In this document: positions 19,105 to 29,102 of the stretch, one piece after another
Layout: the number at the start of each line of letters is the position of its first letter
Numbering within the stretch: position 1 is the first letter of the stretch
Assembly: GCA_947258795.1 (NCBI GenBank)
Contig: CAMYJU010000003.1
Coordinates: 141,779 to 205,778, forward strand
Reading direction: 5' to 3'
Length of the DNA stretch: 64,000 nucleotides
Origin: an uncultured Gammaproteobacteria bacterium
GTDB taxonomy: Bacteria > Pseudomonadota > Gammaproteobacteria > DRJJ01
Notes under the pieces: model-generated
Seen by the model: the letters and a program-made list of their open reading frames with translations, nothing else
Told to the model about the DNA's origin: nothing
The model's database searches: none
Position numbers and translations under genes: made by a program

Positions 19105-20544
19105 ATGATCCGACACTTTGAACTGCTGGTGCCTGGTGCCCAGAGCACGGCGGGCAGGCTTATGGTGAGTGCGCCATTTGATGGGGCGGATATCGCCAGT
19201 GTCGGGGCGGCGGACGCAGCGGTCGTCGAACAGGCACTGGATACCGCTTACCGCCTGTACCGGAACCGTAAACACTGGCTCAGCCGCGCACAACGTATCG
19301 GGATCCTGCAGAATCTGGTCAGGTTGATGCAGGACAAGATCGAATTGCTGAGTATCGAGGCCGCGCGTGAAGGCGGCAAGCCGTATACCGACTCGAAAGT
19401 CGAGGTGATACGGGCGATAGACAGTATACAGATCTGTATAGACTGTTTGCGAACCGAAGCCGGACACGAAATTCCGATGGGCGTGAATGCCGCATCCGAA
19501 CAGCATGTGGCGTTTACCCGGCATGAGCCGATCGGGGTTGTGGTCGCGGTCAGCGCCTTTAATCACCCGGTTAACCTGATCGCACACCAGGTCGGTCCTG
19601 CAATCGCGGCCGGTTGCCCGGTGATTGTCAAACCGGCTGAAGATACGCCGTTATCCTGCTTCAGGATGGTACAGTTGTTATATGAGGCCGGTCTGCCTGA
19701 ACCATGGTGCCAGGCGCTGGTGGTGAACGATATCGACCATGCCAGCAAGCTGGCCACGGATCCACGCGTCGGTTTTTTCAGTTTTATCGGTAGTGCCCGG
19801 GTCGGCTGGATGCTGCGTAGCCGCCTGGCGCCGGGTACCCGTTGTGCGCTGGAGCATGGAGGTGCGGCGCCGGTGATTATCAGTGACGATGCCGACCTGG
19901 AGGAGGCCTTGCCACGTCTGGCCAAGGGCGGCATGTACCACGCCGGGCAGGTTTGTGTATCGGTACAACGCGTGTTTTGTCACGAAAGCATGGCGCGGGA
20001 ACTGGCTGCCGGCCTGGCAGCACTGGCGCAAGCAATGACAGTAGATGACCCACTGTTACCCGAAACCGATGTCGGGCCGTTGATACGGCCGGCCGAAGTG
20101 GTCAGGGTCGGAGAGTGGGTGGAGCAGGCTATCGATGCCGGTGCCGAGTGCCTGTGTGGCGGGCAGGCGGTCTCGGAAACCTGCTATGAACCAACTGTAC
20201 TGTATAACCCGCCGGATGATGCGAAGGTATCCTGCCAGGAGATCTTCGGGCCGGTCATTTGTGTCTATCCGTATAGCGACATACAGGATGCGATAGCACG
20301 GGCCAATGCCTTGCCCTACAGTTTCCAGGCCGCTGTATTTACCCGTGACATCCACACCGCAATGCTGGCCTATCAGCAACTGGATGCCTCGGCGGTACTG
20401 GTCAATGAACATACCGCGTTCAGGGTCGACTGGATGCCGTTTGCCGGTCTGAAACAGTCGGGCCTGGGTATCGGCGGCATACCCTACACCTATCAGGACA
20501 TGCAGGTTGAAAAAATGCTGGTACTGAATTCACCGGCGGTGTAA
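19105..20544 (+). CDS. NAD(P)-dependent aldehyde dehydrogenase family protein
   Basis: ALDH fold: catalytic LEHGG(A) Glu region and Cys (GQVCVS), 479 aa. Confidence 0.9.
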   Translation: MIRHFELLVPGAQSTAGRLMVSAPFDGADIASVGAADAAVVEQALDTAYRLYRNRKHWLSRAQRIGILQNLVRLMQDKIELLSIEAAREGGKPYTDSKVEVIRAIDSIQICIDCLRTEAGHEIPMGVNAASEQHVAFTRHEPIGVVVAVSAFNHPVNLIAHQVGPAIAAGCPVIVKPAEDTPLSCFRMVQLLYEAGLPEPWCQALVVNDIDHASKLATDPRVGFFSFIGSARVGWMLRSRLAPGTRCALEHGGAAPVIISDDADLEEALPRLAKGGMYHAGQVCVSVQRVFCHESMARELAAGLAALAQAMTVDDPLLPETDVGPLIRPAEVVRVGEWVEQAIDAGAECLCGGQAVSETCYEPTVLYNPPDDAKVSCQEIFGPVICVYPYSDIQDAIARANALPYSFQAAVFTRDIHTAMLAYQQLDASAVLVNEHTAFRVDWMPFAGLKQSGLGIGGIPYTYQDMQVEKMLVLNSPAV

Positions 20545-20552
20545 CCGGCACT

Positions 20553-22103
20553 ATGTTAGAAAACGAATCTATAGGGCCAGGTTTTCTGCTTGATACGCTG
20601 ATGTTTATGTCAGCCTTGCTGATCCTGGTGTTGGGCCTGGGCATCCTTTATATCGCCATTCTTTATATCATTGATGTCACCCAGACCAAACAGGCGATCA
20701 GGCGTAACTACCCGGTGGTTGGCCGCCTCAGGTATTTCTTCGAGCATCTGGGCCAGTTCTTCCGGCAGTACTTTTTTGCGATGGATCGGGAAGAGCTGCC
20801 GTTTAACCGGGCCGAACGTAGCTGGGTCTATCGTGCCGCAAAAAACCTGGATAACACGGTTGCGTTCGGTTCCACCCGCAATATGCATAGTGAAGGCAAT
20901 GTACTGTTCGTGAATTGCCCGTTTCCGGTACTCGGCAAGGACGCGGCCTCGGTCGGTAATGTCATTATCGGCGAATACTGCAAGAAGCCCTATGTCACGC
21001 GTTCCCTGTTTAACATCTCCGGCATGAGTTATGGCGCGATCTCCAGACCTGCGGTACAGGCGCTGTCGAATGGCGCTCGCATGGCAGGTTGCTGGCTGAA
21101 CACCGGTGAAGGCGGTCTGTCACCCTATCACCTGGAGGGCGGCTGTGACCTGGTCTACCAGATCGGCACCGCAAAATACGGGGTACGGGATGAAGCAGGT
21201 AAGCTGAGTGAGGAACAGTTGCGTCAGGTCGCGGCCCACGAACAGGTGCGCATGTTCGAAATCAAGTTGAGCCAGGGCGCCAAGCCGGGCAAGGGCGGTA
21301 TCCTGCCGGGCGGCAAGGTTACCGCAGAGATTGCGGCAATACGTGGTATACCGGAAGGAGAGGATTCGATCAGTCCGAACCGGCACGAGGACATCAACAG
21401 TACCGAAGATCTGCTCAACATGCTCGACCGGGTTCGCCAGGTAACTGGCAAGCCAACCGGATTCAAATGCGTGGTCGGTGCCTATGGCTGGCTGGAGGAA
21501 CTGTTTGGCGCTATCCATCAGCGTGGTATCGAAAAGGCGCCTGACTTTATCACGATCGACAGTGCTACCGGTGGCAGTGGCGCGGCGCCGATGAGCCTGA
21601 TTGATTATGTCGGTCTGCCGATTTCAGAAAGCCTGCCAATGGTCGCGGATATGCTGATCAAGTACAATCTGAAACACAGGATCAAGCTGATTGCGTCAGG
21701 CAAACTGATTACGCCGGGTGAAGTGGCGTGGGCCCTGTGCGTTGGCGCCGACTTCGTTGTGTCGGCCAGGGGGTTTATGTTTGCCCTGGGTTGTATCCAG
21801 GCCTTACAATGCAACCGCAATACCTGTCCAACTGGTGTCACCACACATAATAAAAAATTGCAGAAGGGGCTGGTGCCGGGAGAGAAGGCGGTCAGGGTCA
21901 GTAATTATTGCGGGAACATGGTACACGAGGTCGGTGTGATCGCACATTCCTGCGGCGTACTGGAGCCAAGGCAATTAAAGCGTTTTCATGCGCGCATCGT
22001 ACTGGACAATGGCAGGTCAGTTTCGCTGGATGAGTTGTATCATGTACCGGTGGCTGGTGCTGCGTTGGCAGATTCTCAGAATAACAGGGATGTGCCGAGT
22101 TGA
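20553..22103 (+). CDS. FMN-binding glutamate-synthase-family protein (GltB FMN-domain-like) with N-terminal TM anchor
   Basis: Hydrophobic N-terminus, then glutamate-synthase FMN-domain-like regions (e.g. GAKPGKGGILPG); 516 aa. Confidence 0.8.
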   Translation: MLENESIGPGFLLDTLMFMSALLILVLGLGILYIAILYIIDVTQTKQAIRRNYPVVGRLRYFFEHLGQFFRQYFFAMDREELPFNRAERSWVYRAAKNLDNTVAFGSTRNMHSEGNVLFVNCPFPVLGKDAASVGNVIIGEYCKKPYVTRSLFNISGMSYGAISRPAVQALSNGARMAGCWLNTGEGGLSPYHLEGGCDLVYQIGTAKYGVRDEAGKLSEEQLRQVAAHEQVRMFEIKLSQGAKPGKGGILPGGKVTAEIAAIRGIPEGEDSISPNRHEDINSTEDLLNMLDRVRQVTGKPTGFKCVVGAYGWLEELFGAIHQRGIEKAPDFITIDSATGGSGAAPMSLIDYVGLPISESLPMVADMLIKYNLKHRIKLIASGKLITPGEVAWALCVGADFVVSARGFMFALGCIQALQCNRNTCPTGVTTHNKKLQKGLVPGEKAVRVSNYCGNMVHEVGVIAHSCGVLEPRQLKRFHARIVLDNGRSVSLDELYHVPVAGAALADSQNNRDVPS

Positions 22104-22133
22104 ATCATGGTTTAGTCGATAGAGAGACAGCAT

Positions 22134-23054
22134 TTGTCCTTATACGAGTCCGTATTAAAATTTTTTTGTATTGAGTTTGACCGTGTCAGTCATACCGAGA
22201 TACTGGTGGCGACACTGGGTGGTATAACCGGGATCACCCTGATTGCCTGGATCAGTTTCCAGTTTACCGATGCCCAGGGTGCGGCATTGATCGTGCCGTC
22301 CATGGGCGCATCGGCTGTATTGCTGTTTGCCGTTCCACACGGCAAGCTTTCCCAGCCCTGGGCCCTGATCGGTGGCCACCTGATATCGGCCGTGATGGGC
22401 GTGAGTATTTACTATCTGGTCCCGGACATTTTTCTGGCCTCAGGACTGGCAGTGGGTTTGGCTATCGGGGCGATGCACCTGCTCGGCTGTATTCATCCTC
22501 CAGGTGGCGCAACAGCACTGGCGGCCATCATTGGTGGTCCCGCGATCCATGCGCTGGGTTACCACTATGTACTGACCCCGATATTGTTGAATTCAGTTAT
22601 CCTGCTGCTAGTTGCAATGGTCTTTAACAGCGCCTTCCCGTGGCGTCGTTATCCGGTTAGTATGATGCGGTTTTCAGAAGTATCGGCCAGTGAACTATCA
22701 AGGCCCGAGCATGTCATTGATATGCAGCATATCGAGCAGGCCGTCACCGATATGGACCTGGTTGTGGATGTGACCACAGAAGACCTGCAGCGCCTGTTTA
22801 TTCTGAGTCAGGAACATGCGGCGCGACAGCGCCTGACACCGGAGGGCATACGTCTGGGTGGATGCTATACCAATGGCAGGCATGGTGCCGAGTGGTGTGT
22901 ACGCCAGATTATCGATGAATCTGCGCATACAGATCCGGTCCGGGACATGGTGATCTACCGGGTCGTGGAAGGACACGGGCTGCACAGTGCCAGCAGTTGT
23001 ACCCGGCGCGAGTTCGCCAACTGGGCGGCGCGGGAACTGAAACCGGCATCGTGA
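22134..23054 (+). CDS. HPP-family membrane protein with C-terminal soluble extension
   Basis: Conserved HPPGGATAL motif within four TM helices, plus a C-terminal tail of about 120 aa. Confidence 0.75.
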   Translation: MSLYESVLKFFCIEFDRVSHTEILVATLGGITGITLIAWISFQFTDAQGAALIVPSMGASAVLLFAVPHGKLSQPWALIGGHLISAVMGVSIYYLVPDIFLASGLAVGLAIGAMHLLGCIHPPGGATALAAIIGGPAIHALGYHYVLTPILLNSVILLLVAMVFNSAFPWRRYPVSMMRFSEVSASELSRPEHVIDMQHIEQAVTDMDLVVDVTTEDLQRLFILSQEHAARQRLTPEGIRLGGCYTNGRHGAEWCVRQIIDESAHTDPVRDMVIYRVVEGHGLHSASSCTRREFANWAARELKPAS

Positions 23055-23091
23055 TTCTGGCCGGTGATACGGGCTCTACACAGGAAACTGA

Positions 23092-23550
23092 ATGTTAAAC
23101 GTGATCAAGCAATACTTTCTCGAACGGGTAAATCCGGTCGAGACCCTGGGCAGTGAACAGCAGGCAATTCAGCGGGCGACTGCCGTGCTGATGGCCGAAA
23201 TGATGCGCATGGATGGTGATATCGATGAGGCCGAGCGTGAGGTGATCAGGTCGGCGCTGTACGGACACTTTAAACTGGGCCGTGAAGAGATTGATACGAT
23301 ACTGGAGTTGGCAGAGATCGAGGCGGAGGCCTCCCACGATTACTACCAGTTTACCTCACTGATTAACAACAGTTTTTCTGCTGAGCAGAAGATAGCGGTG
23401 ATCGAGTCCCTGTGGCGTATCGCCTATGCGGACGGCGTCCTGAACAAGTACGAAGAGCATCTGCTGCGCCGCATCTCCGACCTGATCTATGTTGCTCACC
23501 GGGATTTTATCGCCGCCAAGCACCGGGTACAGGAACAGCTGGGCGTTTAA
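23092..23550 (+). CDS. TerB-family (tellurite-resistance TerB-like) protein
   Basis: 152 aa with the TerB-like helical pattern (DGDIDEAERE...SLWRIAYADGVL..EEHLLRRI). Confidence 0.7.
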   Translation: MLNVIKQYFLERVNPVETLGSEQQAIQRATAVLMAEMMRMDGDIDEAEREVIRSALYGHFKLGREEIDTILELAEIEAEASHDYYQFTSLINNSFSAEQKIAVIESLWRIAYADGVLNKYEEHLLRRISDLIYVAHRDFIAAKHRVQEQLGV

Positions 23551-23674
23551 CGCGGCTGCCGCGCCCATCCGGACAAACAGGCAAATACCGGGAAAGAAAG
23601 AACTTTTTTATCAAGTTTGGGCTCCATCGACCGATAAGACATGAAGGAGAATCACCTTAGTCGGTAGGGTTTAA

Positions 23675-24487
23675 GTGGAAAGTAGCCAGCAAATCGGGAT
23701 AGCAGATCTGGATGTCTGTGTAATAGAGCCTTCCCAGGTACAGGGGCGTATTATAGATAAGCACCTAAGGGAAATGGGTGTGGGTAAGGCACGCGTGTAT
23801 CAGAGCCCGATCAAGGCACTGGATGAAATGCACATCACCCAGCCAGACCTGGTGATCAGCGCACTGTATATGCCTGAGATGACCGGCACCGAGCTGGTGC
23901 AGACCATGCGTACGCGACCGAAACTGGAAACCATTCCGTTTATGCTCATCTCCAGTGAAACCTCTTTTTCAGCACTGGATCCGATCCGCCAGGCCGGTGT
24001 GGTCGCGATAATACCAAAGCCGTTCCAGCCGCACGATTTACAGGTGGCGTTAATGACCACCATCGAACATATCCAGCCTGATAATTCCTTGCTGGATGAG
24101 CAGATCCTGGACGAGGTGGAGGTGCTGGTGGTCGACGATAGCTCGATGGCGCGCAAGCATGTGATACGTATCCTCAGGCAGATGGGTATAGAAAATATCA
24201 CCGAGGCGGAAGACGGTACCGATGCGGTTGATATTATCCAGCAGAATTTCTTTGATCTGGTGGTCACAGACTATAATATGCCCGACATGGATGGTGATAA
24301 GCTAATTGAATTCATTCGTGAACAGAGCAATCAGCGTTCGATACCGGTACTCATGGTGACCAGTGAGGATGATGAAAGCAGACTGGCAGCGGTACAGCAG
24401 GCAGGGGTGTCCGGTATCTGCGACAAACCGTTCCGTCCCAGCCATATGAAACACTTGATTGCGAATCTGCTGGAAGATAGTTTTTAA
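23675..24487 (+). CDS. Response regulator with two tandem receiver domains and no output domain
   Basis: Two REC signatures (DLVISALYMPEMTG and DLVVTDYNMPDMDG, each with downstream PK/DKPF). The listed start is GTG at 23675. Confidence 0.8.
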   Translation: MESSQQIGIADLDVCVIEPSQVQGRIIDKHLREMGVGKARVYQSPIKALDEMHITQPDLVISALYMPEMTGTELVQTMRTRPKLETIPFMLISSETSFSALDPIRQAGVVAIIPKPFQPHDLQVALMTTIEHIQPDNSLLDEQILDEVEVLVVDDSSMARKHVIRILRQMGIENITEAEDGTDAVDIIQQNFFDLVVTDYNMPDMDGDKLIEFIREQSNQRSIPVLMVTSEDDESRLAAVQQAGVSGICDKPFRPSHMKHLIANLLEDSF

Positions 24488-24489
24488 CA

Positions 24490-24666
24490 ATGAAAAAGAT
24501 AAGAAATTTTCTTGCAACCGGTCTCGCGTTACTGTTCGTTGCAGGCTGCACGCCACCTGTTGGCAGTGAGGCCTGGTGCAAGCATATGCAGAACAAGGAT
24601 GCCGGCGATTGGTCCGCCAATGAGGCCACGGACTACGCCAAACACTGCGTGTTCAAGTCTAACTGA
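24490..24666 (+). CDS. Unannotated 58-aa lipoprotein, DUF3012-like (MKKIRNFLATGLALLFVAGC|TPPVGSEAWCKHMQNKDAGDWSANEATDYAKHCVFKSN)
   Basis: ATG 3 nt after the response-regulator stop. Lipobox LFVAGC, then conserved W/C/DW/NEA/DYAKHC pattern. Stop TGA at 24664-24666. Confidence 0.5.
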   Translation: MKKIRNFLATGLALLFVAGCTPPVGSEAWCKHMQNKDAGDWSANEATDYAKHCVFKSN

Positions 24667-24789
24667 TCAAAATACAGGATCACCTGCGACAATCTACCCC
24701 TGGGGCAAAGCAGATTGCTGGTCAGTAATCAGCCGTATACAAAAGCTGCCTGAACTGGGTTAAGATGACTGCTCAAGCCAGGGAATGAC

Positions 24790-25830
24790 ATGGATATGAG
24801 CAGTCAAGACCAATACACCAGGACGTTACTGTTCCTTGTTTTTAGCTGTATCGCCAGCATCGTTCTGCTGGCGTATCCATATCAGACTGTAGCTGCAGCT
24901 GTGCAGTTGACCGAAGTCAAGGCGGCCATGCAGATCGTCGAATTGACCGGCTATACCCGTGCGCGCAACAGTCTGCCCCTGTCAGCCGAGGCCGATGGTC
25001 GTGTTAAACATGTGTATGCCGATGTCGGGCAGGTCATAGCGGAAGACGGCCGGGTTGCCTGTATGGATACCGCCTTTATCGATCTGGATATCGAGACCAA
25101 CAAAACCGACCAGCTCAGGCTCAAGGCTGACCTGGAATACTTCAGCCGTCAGGTGAAACGCTACAAGCGGCTGGTACGAGAAAAGAGTTCCGCGCAGAGC
25201 CAGCTGGACGATTTTGTTCGTCAGCAGTCCTCGTCACGCCAGCGACTGGCGGCGCTGGAAATCGATGCGCGACGCCTGGCCGAAAAACTGTCCAGACACT
25301 GTATCGTTGCACCCGCCGGCTGGCAGCTGACGGAACGAGCAATCGAGCCCGGGCAGTGGGTCCGGTCAGGTCAGCAGGTTGGTATGGCAGGCAATTATCG
25401 CAAGCTGCTGGTACCGTTTTCACTGACCGTGGCAGAGTTAGCTGCCTTGCAGCGTGATGCGGACTCCCTGCAGGTCTATCTGCCTGACAGTCAGCTAACG
25501 GTAAGCGCCACGATCGAGCGCATCTCGCCGGCCTATGATCCGGCTACCCGCAAAAGGCATGTTGACCTGCTGGTCGAGCAGGCGGCATCGATCAATAGTG
25601 GCGGTGTACGGGTGCTACTGCGACTGTCACTGAGTGACCGTTCCGGTGCGGTTATGGTTCCCGCCTCGACGCTGACAGAAAAATACGAGCAATTCTGGCT
25701 GACCCGTGAAGACGGTCGTGAAGTCAGGGTGGTGTATCTGGGTAAAGTGGTCAACGCTGATGACAAGCGGCAATGGGTGCGCATACAGTCAAGCGAGCTT
25801 GAGCCAGGCGATCGTGTAAGGCTCAGGTAA
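24790..25830 (+). CDS. Efflux RND transporter periplasmic adaptor subunit (HlyD/MFP family)
   Basis: Signal/TM anchor, lipoyl/beta-barrel pattern, immediately upstream of and overlapping the RND permease. Confidence 0.8.
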   Translation: MDMSSQDQYTRTLLFLVFSCIASIVLLAYPYQTVAAAVQLTEVKAAMQIVELTGYTRARNSLPLSAEADGRVKHVYADVGQVIAEDGRVACMDTAFIDLDIETNKTDQLRLKADLEYFSRQVKRYKRLVREKSSAQSQLDDFVRQQSSSRQRLAALEIDARRLAEKLSRHCIVAPAGWQLTERAIEPGQWVRSGQQVGMAGNYRKLLVPFSLTVAELAALQRDADSLQVYLPDSQLTVSATIERISPAYDPATRKRHVDLLVEQAASINSGGVRVLLRLSLSDRSGAVMVPASTLTEKYEQFWLTREDGREVRVVYLGKVVNADDKRQWVRIQSSELEPGDRVRLR

Positions 25831-28800
25831 TGCGCACGCTTGTTCAATTCTCGCTGCGACAAAAGGTTTTTTTCAACCTGCTGTTTGTTTTTCTGATTAT
25901 TGCCGGCGCCTTCTCACTGGCCAATCTTCCTACCGAGCGTTACCCCAATGTCAATTTCGGTGAAGTGATCGTCTCTACTTCGTATCCGGGTGCATCGCCG
26001 GTCGATGTTGAACTGCTGGTCACCCGCAAGATCGAGGAGGTGCTGGAAACCATACGCGATGTGGACTGGATTTCCGCCACCTCGTTCCGCGGGCGATCAC
26101 ACATCAGGATGAAGTTTGTTGATGACGCTGATTATGACGCGCTGTATAACGAAGTGCGATTCAGTGTTATGAACATGCTCGGTGAGTTGCCTGACGATAT
26201 CGACCCGCCCTTTATCAACAGTGCCACGGTCGAAGATTTTCTGCCGGTTATCGTGATCAACCTGGTTGGTGACCATGATAACCGTGCGCTGGCGCTGATG
26301 GCCGAGAAAATCAAGGCGCATATACGCGGTACAGCTGGCGTCAAGGAAATCCAGATGGCTGGTGAGTATGTACGCGAATTCCATGTGCATCTGAGCCTGG
26401 AAAAAATGAACGCGTTGGGTGTGACCTACGATGAAGTTATTCGGGTAATGGAGCAGAAGAACCTGACTATCCCGGCCGGGGATTTCAGTGACGCATCCGG
26501 GGAATTTGTGGTACGCGCCGATGAGAAGTTTCGTGACCGCGATGACATCACCCGTACCATCATACGTAGTGATGGTGATGGCAGTTATGTGCGTATTGGT
26601 GATGTGATCAACTACGCCGAGCGTTCCTATCGCGATCGTGCAGTGATTGCGTCGGTTAACGGACAATCCTCGCTGGCGCTGAAGGTGATCAAGACCGATG
26701 CCGGTAATGCGCTGGATATCAAGCGCGAAGTACTGTCCGGTCTGAACGAGATGGAGGCCGAGCTGCGCGAAGAGGGCGTAGAGCTGGTGATCACGCAGGA
26801 CTCGACGCTGTATATCCGCGAATCACTGGGCACGATGACCCTGAACATGCTCGCCGGGATCTTCCTGGTTTCCTTGCTGATCTGGTATTTCATGGGCTGG
26901 CGCAACGCCGGCATTATTACGGTCGGCATCCCGTTTTCATTCATGATCACCATGGTGATCATGTACCTGACCGGCAACAGCCTGAATGAAATCAGCCTGT
27001 TCGCGCTGGTGCTGGTTACCGGTATCATTGTTGATGATGCGATAGTCGTGACCGAGAATATCTACCGTCATGTGCAGGAAGGTCATACCCTCCGTAATGC
27101 CATTGTCAACGGCACGGCCGAGGTTGCACTGCCCGTGGTAGCGGCGACCATGACGACTGTTGCGGCGTTCATGCCAATGCTGATCATGTCGGGCAGTACC
27201 GGCGAGTTTTTTGCACAGATACCGAAAGTGGTCAGTTTTGCGATTGTGGCCTCATTGATCGAGTGCCTGATTATCCTGCCGATACACTATTTTGATTTCG
27301 GCCCCGGGAAGACATACAAGGCACCGCCACATGAAGTCGATAATGGTTTAATGCGTGTGTTGCGACGCTGGACCGAAAGCCTGTTGGCTTTGACCATGCG
27401 TTATCGCTTGCGCAGCGTGTTGTTGGTCGTGCTCGCGTTTGTCGTTTCTGTCGTCATACTCGGCCTGTCGGCCAGCGGCCGCGTTTCCCTGATCCGTATC
27501 CAGTTCTTTCCGGATGATTACACTATCTACTATGCCGATGTGGAAGGGCCGAGTAGTACAGCGGTCGAGGTCATGGATGTCAAGGTGCGCGAGATGGCGC
27601 GATTTATCCTGCAAGAGGCCGGTGACATGGCGCGTTCCGCCTCGTCCTTTGCCGGATTCAATGTCAATGACGACTATGAACAGGTGTTTGGCAGCAATCG
27701 CGGTACCGTCATGGTGTCGCTGCCACCGAAGGACGAGATCGAGGCCAGGGACTCAGTGGCACACCTCGATCATATACGGGTAAAGATCAAGGAGCGATTC
27801 GAGCAAGACGGCTTCCGCATCAAGGTGCATGCACAAAAGGACGGTCCGCCCCAGGGTATGGATATCAATGTACGCGTGATTGGCAGTAATCCGGATGATA
27901 TCGACAACCTTGCCAGAGACCTGCTTGTGTTCATGCAACAGGAGGAAAAACTATCACCTTACCTGGTGGATCTGAGCGACGATCGCGGCCTGCCCAAACG
28001 CGTACTGAGATTCAGGGTCAAGGACGAGCAGGTACGTGAATACCAACTTGACAATGCCCAGGTACTGCGGCTGGCGGCCAGTGTGCTGGATGGTCGCTAT
28101 ATCGGCAAGTTTCGTCTGACCGACGAGGAAGTGGATCTGAAGGTCTATGTGGATCCGGCCGAGCTGGAAAATCCGCAACATGCCCTGTATGTGCCGTTTA
28201 CCCATAAACAGGGTGGCAGTCTGTACCTGGGTGACCTGGTCGATCTGGTCGCCGATACTGAGCCGGGTGAACTGAATCGCTACCAGGGACAGCGTGCGAT
28301 AAGTATCAAGGCCAACCTGAAGGCCGATGCACCGATTGCATCACCGGCTGTGATCCACGAGGTCAAGCAGTACTACGAGACCATACGCAAACAGTATCCG
28401 GGCGCACAGGTAATTTTTGGCGGTGAGCATGAGGCTACCCAGCGCTCCTATGAGTCATTGGCCATGGCGTTTATCATCGCCGTGATGGTGATGTACGTGA
28501 TACTGGCGGCGCAGTTCCAGTCCTATCTGCAACCGATGATTATCCTGTCCGCGATTGTGTTTGCGCTGATTGGCGTGGTATTAGGCAAACTGTTCACGCA
28601 ATCGTTGTTTACTGTTAACAGTTTTATCGCGGTGATCGGTGTGGCCGGTGTTGTGGTCAATGACGCACTGGTGCTGATCGATTTCATGAACAAGTCGTAC
28701 CGGCGTGGTATGGACAGAAAGCAGGCGGTCAGGGAAGGTGTACGCATACGCCTGCGACCGATCACTCTGACCACGCTGACCACCAGCCTGGGCCTATTGC

Positions 28801-29018
28801 CGATGGCCATCGGTATCCCGCGCTATTCCCTGGTCTGGGGTACCATGGCATCGACCTTTGTCACCGGCCTGGCCATGGCCACCGCGCTGACCCTGTTTAT
28901 CGTGCCGGTATTGTGGGACCTGTTGCAGGGCTTTCATGAACGGCGTGACCGCCCGTCAGAACGGCGTATAGAGCCTGAAGACAGGACGGAAACAGTCGAC
29001 TGGACGACAGACAGGTAA
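25830..29018 (+). CDS. Efflux RND transporter permease (AcrB/AcrD/AcrF family)
   Basis: 1062 aa, 12-TM architecture with two large periplasmic loops, typical RND motifs (GxxxD...VENI). Confidence 0.9.
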   Translation: MRTLVQFSLRQKVFFNLLFVFLIIAGAFSLANLPTERYPNVNFGEVIVSTSYPGASPVDVELLVTRKIEEVLETIRDVDWISATSFRGRSHIRMKFVDDADYDALYNEVRFSVMNMLGELPDDIDPPFINSATVEDFLPVIVINLVGDHDNRALALMAEKIKAHIRGTAGVKEIQMAGEYVREFHVHLSLEKMNALGVTYDEVIRVMEQKNLTIPAGDFSDASGEFVVRADEKFRDRDDITRTIIRSDGDGSYVRIGDVINYAERSYRDRAVIASVNGQSSLALKVIKTDAGNALDIKREVLSGLNEMEAELREEGVELVITQDSTLYIRESLGTMTLNMLAGIFLVSLLIWYFMGWRNAGIITVGIPFSFMITMVIMYLTGNSLNEISLFALVLVTGIIVDDAIVVTENIYRHVQEGHTLRNAIVNGTAEVALPVVAATMTTVAAFMPMLIMSGSTGEFFAQIPKVVSFAIVASLIECLIILPIHYFDFGPGKTYKAPPHEVDNGLMRVLRRWTESLLALTMRYRLRSVLLVVLAFVVSVVILGLSASGRVSLIRIQFFPDDYTIYYADVEGPSSTAVEVMDVKVREMARFILQEAGDMARSASSFAGFNVNDDYEQVFGSNRGTVMVSLPPKDEIEARDSVAHLDHIRVKIKERFEQDGFRIKVHAQKDGPPQGMDINVRVIGSNPDDIDNLARDLLVFMQQEEKLSPYLVDLSDDRGLPKRVLRFRVKDEQVREYQLDNAQVLRLAASVLDGRYIGKFRLTDEEVDLKVYVDPAELENPQHALYVPFTHKQGGSLYLGDLVDLVADTEPGELNRYQGQRAISIKANLKADAPIASPAVIHEVKQYYETIRKQYPGAQVIFGGEHEATQRSYESLAMAFIIAVMVMYVILAAQFQSYLQPMIILSAIVFALIGVVLGKLFTQSLFTVNSFIAVIGVAGVVVNDALVLIDFMNKSYRRGMDRKQAVREGVRIRLRPITLTTLTTSLGLLPMAIGIPRYSLVWGTMASTFVTGLAMATALTLFIVPVLWDLLQGFHERRDRPSERRIEPEDRTETVDWTTDR

Positions 29019-29102
29019 AATATTTCGCGAAATATGGAATAAAAATGCTAAAAAGGCTGTCTACGCTATACATACCAATAATGCGAAACACGGAGATCTG
29101 CG

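Noticed and set aside
18586-19587. 333-aa minus-strand ORF spanning the TPP-enzyme/ALDH junction
   Set aside because: It is antisense to two well-supported genes and has a His/Arg/Gln-rich, non-protein-like composition.
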